Of a stretch of 64,000 nt of DNA, positions 45,676 through 64,000 are shown in pieces (positions within the stretch are counted from its first letter, which is position 1; each line of letters begins with the position of its first letter). Origin of the DNA: the human T2T-CHM13v2.0 reference genome, Homo sapiens; the NCBI RefSeq assembly GCF_009914755.1, contig NC_060944.1. One strand, written 5' to 3'. Under the pieces are notes generated by a model that saw nothing but the letters and a program-made list of their open reading frames with translations, was not told where the DNA came from and did no database searches. The position numbers and the translations under genes are program-made.

Positions 45676-46688
45676 TTATTTTAAAAGAAGGTTACAAAGC
45701 TGCTCATTGTATTTTTTTTTCTACTTTCTGTATTTTTAAACTTTCCTGTTAGAAAATTATACATCAAAAGTAAAGTGTCCCCATGAGGTCATTCTGTCCC
45801 CAGGAGTGGGAGGCTTGCCAGGCCTCTGGGTGGGGTGATGCCGTGCTCCTCCCAACCTTGATGCCAGGACTTCCTAACCAGGGGACACCTCATTTCGGTT
45901 CTGGTCAGCCTGGCTTTACTTCTCTCCTTACTGCCCCCTTATGGTAGCCATTTGCCAGGGTTTTGTCTTCCTTGGTTATGTCCCTAGCTAAGAGTGTTCT
46001 GGAGCCTTGATGTGGATCTTGTGTAGAGGATGAAAGCTAAAAAGTCAGGGAGCCACTTAAGGCATCCCTGGCCTGGGGAAAGGAGCCTTCCTTCTTCCCA
46101 TTTCCCTTGTCAATGATGCCGGCTCCGTGGATTCTACTCCCATACTTGGGTAGATAATCTGGAAGTCTACTCCTCATCTTTTATGCAGGTTTTAGTTCTG
46201 GATAGTTCTTCAATCCTGTCCACTTCCCACTCCCACCCCCAAACGGTGCACTATGTATGAGCCATGCAGTAGGTACCCCGCATAAAGGGAAACTCGCACC
46301 TCCCTTCCTCACAGACTCCCATGGCGGGGAAGCTGGACTTGGCACAGGTGGAGTCCTGGGGAGTAAGTTCTTGGGCTGGCATGTTCATCATCTCACTGGT
46401 GGGCTCACCTTGGGCAAATGACAATTTCTCTAAGACTCAGTTTCTTCTTGCAGAAAACTAGGACCACAAACTGGGTATACATTAAGTAGATAATGAGTGT
46501 TTGGACTTTTGTTTACTGTGTATCTTTCCCAGTTTGTCTGGAGGGCATAGTCTTTCATGGTTTCGTTCAGCATGGTTTTCTTAGAGCGTTTATGCATGCC
46601 TGTCACATGTAGGCATTCTGGAAATATTTGTTGAATGAAGTACTTTTGCTTTGTAGTTTTACTTTAAATCTTCCCTTACTTCTCTTGG

Positions 46689-46691
<3 letters not shown>

Positions 46692-46722
<31 letters not shown>

Positions 46723-47330
46723 TGACGGACTTTCGCTCTTTTTTTTTTTTTTTTTTTTTTGAGACGGAGTCTCGCTGTCGCCCAGGCTGGAGTGCAGTGG
46801 CGCAATCTCGGCTCACTGCAGGCTCCGCCCCCTGGGGTTCACGCCATTCTCCTGCCTCAGCCTCCCGAGTAGCTGGGACTACAGGCGCCCGCCACCTCGC
46901 CCGGCTATTTTTTTGTATTTTTAGTAGAGACGGGGTTTCACCGTGTTAGCCAGGATGGTCTCGATCTCCTGACCTCGTGATCCACCCGCCTCGGCCTCCC
47001 AAAGTGCTGGGATTACAGGCGTGAGCCACCGCGCCCGGCCCGGACTTTCGCTCTTGTTGCCCAGGCTGGAGTGCAATGGCGCGATCGATCTCAGCTCACC
47101 AAAACCTCCACCTCCCAGGTTCAAGCGATTCTCCTGCCTCAGCCTCCTGAGTAGCTGGGATTACAGGCATGCGCCACCATGCCAGGCTAATTTTGTATTT
47201 TTAGTAGAGCCTGGGTTTCTCCCTGTTGATCAGGCTGGTCTCGAACTCCTGACCTCAGGTGATCTGCCCGCCTCGGCCTCTCGGCCTCCCAAAGTATTGG
47301 GATTACAGGTGTGAGCCACCATGCCCAGCC
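46692..47330 (-). mobile_element. Host AluSp/Sq split by a younger Alu
   Basis: Tail portion at 46692-46740 resumes at 47041. Confidence 0.9.
46741..47040 (-). mobile_element. Young AluY, AluYe5-like
   Basis: Sense-strand diagnostics gggcgaggtgg, gaaccccagggggcggagcctgc and gacagcgagac; nearly all CpGs intact; perfect 15-bp TSD cggactttcgctctt. Confidence 0.85.
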
Positions 47331-47349
47331 TAGGAGGAGATATTTTTAA

Positions 47350-47970
47350 GGGTTTAAAGAACATACCTAGACATAGAATTGTTGGGTCGTGGGAAATTCA
47401 CACCTTCAGCTTCAACTAGATATCACCAATTGTTCTCCAAAGAGGTCTGCCAATTTCTACTCCCAAATAGCAGTTTATAAGGGTTTCCTTCTGTTCACGT
47501 TCTCTCTAGAACCTGGTACTTTCGGATTTTAACTGCTATGCCATCCTGATGGGAATGAAATGCTTTTTCTTTAAAGGGAAGAATGAAAATGGCAGGTCCA
47601 CTTTAGGCTATACGACATATTGAACAATTTTAATTTTACTGTTACTGGATATTTACATTTTAGTTATCCCAGATCTCAGCTCCGATGTCTCTTCTGGGGA
47701 GGACTTTGCTGAATCCCTATATAAGTTGGTTTTCCCTTCAGTCACTGACTATCCCATCTGTCTATTTCCCTTCCCTTCTGTCTATTTCCCTTCCCAAGCA
47801 CAGAAGTCGGAAAGCATCTTTTGGATTGTACTTGTTTACTGCTTTCTCTCCCAGGAGACTTTAAGCGCCCTTGCCTGTCTTGTTCACCACTGCACCTCCA
47901 GGCCTAGCACAGAGCCTGGTACAGGACAAGAATGTACAAAATATATAGAGAATAAATGAAAGAGTGTATG
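47350..47970. mobile_element. L1ME (-) and L2 (+) relics
   Basis: atacctagacatagaattgttgggtc; cttgttcaccactgcacctccaggcctagcacagagcctgg. Confidence 0.7.
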
Positions 47971-48102
47971 GACTTATTGAAAAGCAGAAGCCAGTGGACT
48001 AATTCAACACTGGACTCACTAAAATGAATCTTGACAGTTATAGGCAAGTGCTACTGTCAGATACTCTTCCTTTGTTTTGCCCTTCTTACCTTTGAGCCAG
48101 AG

Positions 48103-49198
<1,096 letters not shown>

Positions 49199-49927
49199 TC
49201 ATAGAGGAGTAGTAGTGATGGTGATAATAAGGAAAGTCAACATTTATCAGGGGCTTACTGCATGCCAGGCATGGAACTAGTTGCTTTGCATGAATTATAT
49301 ATTTAATAATTAGAAAAACCTACAGCATGGTTATTCAAGTGCAGTCACCAATAGATGCATTGAATCTACCTGATTTCTACCAGTTGTGTGGAGAGAAAAC
49401 GGAGACAGAGAAAAAGAAGACTGATTTAAATTATCTGGGCCACCATGTGCACTCTTGCAGGTAAGAGACGAGGCACACGTGCATTTTCTGGTCTTGAGCT
49501 CTGTCCAGTCCCTGATGGTGATACTATAATAGAAAAGATATGCAAGGTCATTTTTGACCATACTCAAAATTTTCCTCTATACACTGGCTTTTAGAATGAA
49601 CTCCTTTGAAAACAAAGGCTTAGAGGGGGCTAAATGTCTTCTATAGCAGAGTCACACACCTGGAGGAGCAGAGGCAACCACTATGGGGACCCAGAGGCTT
49701 TGATCCTAACCTGTCTCCTAAATTTAACACCTCACTAGGTTTTACTTCTTCAATACAGGTTCATGCTATGAGCACTTTACTGCATCATTTATTATTGTCT
49801 GTTATATAAATTTCTTCCAAAGAGCGCAGAGCTCAGTGAACATCAGGAGAAATGCTGAAGATCGCAGTAAAGTTCCTTTCATGGGAAGCCTTTTAAATTA
49901 TAACTTTAGCCAGACTGACTTAGATAG

Positions 49928-50912
<985 letters not shown>

Positions 50913-51989
50913 CATAGGTAAAATCTTAAAAGTGTTTGACAAACTGTTTAAAGTGTCTTTCTTTGGGGAGAGAAAATATTTCCTCCTATTGTGCTTAAAT
51001 TTTAATAATTTAGTTACAGAAATGCAATAGATTTAATTTTAATAATTGTTAATAATTTGATAATTATAATGATGTGATACATTTAATCATTTTAATAGCT
51101 TGAAAAAATAAGCGTGGCAAGTAAGAGCGATGATCTCTTTTTTATAACTATTTACCACTGATTTTCTTTTTCAAAACAAATTTGAGAAATAGTCACGCAA
51201 TGCCTGTCTGATACAAGGCTCAGTGCTACGTCTGCTCAGGACTCAGTCCTCAAGCCCACGTCTGCCCTGGAGCACTTATGTTTTGACCAAGGACATATGC
51301 TATTCCTGTGTGACATCTTGACAATATGAGATGGACATTACAGCTCAGGATGACAACAAAAAGTAAGTCCGGATTACTGCCGTGAGGGATGTGGGGGAAT
51401 GGCAGCCAGGTGGTCTGTAGAGAGAGGTTGGGAAGGCTGGCAGAAAAGACAAGGATTAAAAAAGACTTAGCCCAATAATCCAAAAGAAAAATGAGCAAAG
51501 ATTCCCAGGAAAGGAAATCCGAGCAGCCCTTAGACATAGGAAAAGATGCCCATCCTTGCTAAGGGGAGAGAAAGACAAGTGGAAACCACGGGGCTGTATC
51601 GTTGTCCATGTGCAGTGGCCTGGCAGAGAAAACCACATGTGCATGTACCCTGTGAGGGCGAGGCCGTGGGACACAGGCAGGCTCCCTACATAGTAGGTAT
51701 GATTGTCAACTGCCATAGTCTCCTGGGAAGGGAATTTGGCAGTGAGACCAAAATGAGACACGCCCATATTCTCAGACATAGAAATTCCAATTCTGGATTT
51801 CTCCTCTGGTGCACTTGCATGGGGTTGAAATGATATCTGCACAAAGCTAGCCATTGAAACATTATTTGTAGGAGCAAAAAGATTAAGTTGTGGAGCTGAG
51901 AACAAACTAAATGTCCATTAAAAGGGGACTGTTTCAATCAGTTACAGTAGAGAGATACAATGCAATATTCTGTGGCTAATAAAAGTCTA

Positions 51990-53490
<1,501 letters not shown>

Positions 53491-53501
53491 TAGAAAAGAG
53501 C

Positions 53502-53670
53502 AAAAAAAAAAATATATATATATATTTTTTTCATATATATAAAAACATATATATTTTTTCATATATATAAACATATATATTTTTCATATATATATAAACA
53601 TATATATAAACATATATGTATGTGTATGGATATATATATGTGTGTGTACGGATATGCATGTATGTTTATA
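53502..53670. repeat. AT-rich tandem repeat (~26-28-bp unit atatatattttttcatatatataaac, about 3 copies) grading into (TATG)n-like sequence
   Basis: Visible repeats. Confidence 0.9.
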
Positions 53671-54009
53671 TATGCTCGTATTGGTTTAGAATATCTTTGG
53701 ATGGAGACAGGAGAATCTGAGAGTCTATGAACTGTGGGTGCCTCTGGCGACAGAAATTCAGTGCACGGAAGACAAGGGAGGGAGCAAGATTTCCTTTACG
53801 CTACATAGAATTCTATACCTGCTAAACTTTTGCACCATAGATATGTGATATCTATCAACACCTTTAAATCCTTCTTTCTTTTTTTGCATCCCATCCCCAA
53901 CAGCTTTAAATCTATAATTTAAAAAAAATTAAAAATGTAATGGGAGGGAGCTTCAGGTCCATCTTACAGGCCGTCTCTTAGCTTGTAATGTCCAATAGGA
54001 AAACCACTA

Positions 54010-55265
<1,256 letters not shown>

Positions 55266-55274
55266 GATAAAGCT

Positions 55275-55971
<697 letters not shown>

Positions 55972-56250
55972 TGAACCTACTGTCTTCTGGGATAAAATTC
56001 TTCCTGAGACCATTCTGTCTGTTTAAAAGTAGCTAGACATGGATGTCAGGAGTTCAGAATCTAATTATTTAAAAAAACAAACAAACAAATGCCATCTTGT
56101 CTTCTTGGTTTACAGAGACTTAACAGAAATATACAAAGTACGCTTTCCTCTCATTACTTTACTTTCAAAGTTTGACCAGATCTTTACAAAGGTTGTTCCG
56201 TATGCCACACCACCTGATAAGGGAGAAGTGATAGTTTAAAATAGAGAACT

Positions 56251-56588
56251 GGGTTGGGCGTCGTGGCTCACACTTGTAATCCCAGCACTTTGGTAGACTG
56301 AGGTGGGTGGTCAGGTTGAGCTCAGGAGTTCAAGACCAGCCTGGGTAACATGGTGAAACCCCATCTCTACTAAAAATAGAAAAACTAGCTGGGTGTGGTG
56401 GTGTGTGCCTTGTAGTCTCAGCTACTCAGGAGGCTGTGGTGGGAGGATCGCTTGAGCCCTAGAGAAGAAGGTTGCAGTGAGCCAAGATCGCACCACTGCA
56501 CTTGAACCTGGGCAACAGAATGAGACCCTGTCTCAAAAAAACCAACCAACCAACCAACCAACCACCCAACCAACCAACCAACCAACCA
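56251..56588 (+). mobile_element. AluJ with an (AACC)n tail
   Basis: About 12 aacc units at 56539-56588. Confidence 0.9.
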
Positions 56589-56880
56589 GAGAACTGAATT
56601 GTTGGTGTTACCATCTAGTTTATAAACTTAAAGCTTGAGACAGTCTTTCCCTTGGGATTTTATTTTTTTCTTAGTTGAAAGAATGACCTTATAATAAAAT
56701 GGTAACAATAATGACAGAAATAGCTAACATTTTTGAAGCACTTGCTACAAGCCAGCCATTGTGCAAAGTACTTTCTTGAGTAAAACTAGGATCACAAACT
56801 GGGGTGTTATGAGCCCATCTATTCTATGAGGTAGATCTCTTTGTTAGGCCCATTTTACAGATGTGGAAATTGAAATTTAG

Positions 56881-57223
<343 letters not shown>

Positions 57224-57731
57224 TGCTTGCATTCTAACTCTATCACTAACATGCTATAGAGCTGTTTACACATAACTTCTTGGCAGTAGGTTGAATTGTG
57301 GTCCCCTAAAAGATAGGTCTAAGTCCCAATCCTCAATACCTGTGAATGTGACTTTATTTGGAAAAAAAGGTCTTTGCAGATGTAATAAGGTTAAGGATCT
57401 TCAGATGATATCCTGGATTAACTGGATGGACTCTAAATCCAATGACAAATGTCCTTATAAGAAGAGAAGACATGGCTGGGTGTGGTGGCTCATGCCTGTA
57501 ATCTCAGCACTTTGGGAGGCCAAAGTGAGAGAGGAGAAAGGAAGAAACCGGTCAGGCAGGCAGTTAGGGTGGGTTCTCAGCTGAATTCTTTCAAACCAAA
57601 GAACAGCCGGAAAAATCAAGCTGCAGGTACAGATAAGGGAACTTGCATAGGGGGGCTTGTGCACGTTCCCTTATCTGTGCCCGCAGCCTAAGACATGCCC
57701 ACAGCTGCACAGATAAAAAAGTCTACACAAG

Positions 57732-57751
57732 TGACTTGCCTAGACATGCCC
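57732..57751 (+). promoter_or_regulatory. p53 response element in the MER61 LTR
   Basis: TGACTTGCCT-AGACATGCCC: two RRRCWWGYYY half-sites, no spacer, one flank mismatch. Confidence 0.75.
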
Positions 57752-57949
57752 ACAATGAAAATGCCGTCCCCTGACACATGTGTGGTAAGAGGAACAAAGT
57801 GATATGGAGTAACTCGAGCTAAGGGCCTGCAGGTGCATTAGGAGGACAGGGTGGAGCTACCAGAAATTCGTGCCTTATGCAAATGATATGACCATTCCTC
57901 ATCAGCTTCTTATAAAAGCCTTTGCATTCAACTGTAAAAACAGGAACCC

Positions 57950-58245
<296 letters not shown>

Positions 58246-58458
58246 CCCAGGAACCCTCTTTCAGGCCCCCTCTTTACAGTGGAGAGCTTTCTTCTTTTGC
58301 TATTAAACTTTTGCTCCAACCTTGCACTTTGTGTCCATGCTCCTTAATTCTCTTGGTTGTGAAACACAGAACTCCAGGTTATACCTCACAATGAGAGACT
58401 GCTACATTGTGGTGCCTGGGTGAGACTGTAACAGAGGCAGGTGGATTGCTTGAGCCTA

Positions 58459-58806
<348 letters not shown>

Positions 58807-59145
58807 TCAAGTCAAGGAATGCACGGAGCCAGCAGGAACTGGACTAGATGAGGAAGAATTTTCCCCTGGAGGTTTCAGAAAGGGCACGGCCTTGCTGATA
58901 CCTTGATTTCGGATTTTTGTTCTCCACAACTGTGAGAGAATACATTCCTGCTGTTTTAAGCCATTCAGTTTGTGGCTATTTCTTATGGCAACCCAAGGAA
59001 ACAAAGACAATCACTATAGGCAAATCACTCTGGGCTTTGATTTTCTCCCCTGTGACGTGTGAGGTTTGATTATACTGGTGGTTCTGAACCCAAGACCATG
59101 GGCCAATCTGTGAGGGGGAATGTATAGAATATTTACATGTCAGCT

Positions 59146-59360
59146 GGAGGGTCTCAATCAGGGGTGCTTTTACCTCCAGAAAACATTTGGCAATGCCTGG
59201 AGATATTTTTGGTTTTCACAACTTGATGGGAAGGGGAGAGGATGGGATTACTATTGGCATTTAGAGGGCAGGGGCCAGGGATGCTGTTAAACACCCTACA
59301 ATGCACAACCAAAAATTATCCAACCCAACGTGTCAGCAGTGCTGAGGTTGAGAAACCCTG
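59146..59360 (+). mobile_element. MER20 hAT element
   Basis: catttggcaatgcctggagatatttttgg...gtgctgaggttgagaaaccctg. Confidence 0.88.
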
Positions 59361-59367
59361 ATATATG

Positions 59368-60758
<1,391 letters not shown>

Positions 60759-60792
60759 TACTATGTGCTTTTTACAAGCAAAATGTTATTGA

Positions 60793-61681
<889 letters not shown>

Positions 61682-61714
61682 GAGACTGGGTCTTAAAAAA
61701 AAAAAAAGAAAGAA

Positions 61715-62030
61715 AGTAATGTTACTTTTATGAAAAAAAAAAAAATTTCCAAAACAAAAAATTTAGTGAAAAGAGTAACATTTTTTGCTTCTTTTTTCTT
61801 GCTAATCCCTCTAATGCCTTGCTTTATACAAGACGGCCAGATACACACAGCAGCTTCTACATTTACTTTGTTGTGATATCATATGTCATGCAGCCTCTGG
61901 AAAATCCCACTGTACTTGTGATTGACTACAAGTGAAAATGATAAATAAAGGCTTAGTATTATTATTATGAAAGAGTCTTAATCTTGTGAACTTCCTGAAA
62001 AAGATGTTCCTGAATAGTCTGCTGACCGCA
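61715..62030. mobile_element. hAT-Charlie relic
   Basis: tttccaaaacaaaaaatttagtgaaaagagtaacatt...cttagtattattattatgaaa resembles Charlie1-type sequence. Confidence 0.6.
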
Positions 62031-62341
62031 ATTCTAGCATTCTCTCCTAAAAGATATAGAGAAGATGGTAGAAGAAGATGGGAGGAGATGGATCTCCAAT
62101 CCAGTGTCTCCCCGTATTCATCATTTGTGTACCACCTTCACAATTTCTGCCAAATCTAAGGAGTCAATGTTTTACTTAATACGCATATAGGTAAAACAAT
62201 TTAACTCATGTCCTTTCCTTTATACAAATGTATTTTCACAGGAAACTTTATATATTACTATTATGAATGGAGAACTTGGTATTCATTATTAAACAGCAGG
62301 TAATGGCACAAATTAATTTCCAGAAAAGAAAAAAAATTCTA

Positions 62342-64000
<1,659 letters not shown>

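Noticed and set aside
47757-47795. 20-bp-period duplication (tctgtctatttcccttccc x2); similarly ttttatagcattaca x2 near 31863-31899
   Set aside because: These are ordinary two-copy slippage duplications with no functional cue, counted only in the window-wide tally.
49445-49470. cttgcag|gtaag as a recursive splice site
   Set aside because: The polypyrimidine tract is weak and there is no evidence of a host transcript; such motifs arise by chance.
51250-51937. Cluster of 83-149 aa ORFs in an Alu-free stretch
   Set aside because: No homology I can recognise and no coding-like composition; the distal part overlaps an L1 relic.

Overview
This is primate genomic DNA, almost certainly human or great ape given the AluY and AluYe-type insertions. 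I see no protein-coding exon, processed pseudogene, CpG island or classical RNA gene, and I could not name the locus. About 100 Alu pieces (by-eye count, roughly 40% of the window) sit on older L1M, L2, MIR, MLT1 and DNA-transposon relics (MER1, MER2, MER5, MER20, MER33, MER58, MADE1). There is also a MER61-type ERV1 solo LTR and an ERV1 internal (integrase C-terminal) remnant. Nearly all supplied ORFs are Alu translation artefacts. The best leads are: (1) a ~65-nt double-hairpin, A-tailed, LTR-R-like insert inside an Alu tail (4804-4869), a candidate mini-retroposon made from a short LTR transcript; (2) a MER61 LTR with one intact p53 element and a second split by a 30-bp fold-back inversion; (3) two independently inserted, inverted AluY copies sharing the same 3-bp insertion, suggesting stem-loop gene conversion; (4) a 36-bp near-perfect fold-back hairpin at an L1 junction; (5) a 26-bp minisatellite arraying ETS motifs; (6) Alu-free islands with clustered developmental TF motifs. 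Repeat family calls come from recalled consensus sequences, not a database search, and most repeat boundaries are approximate.
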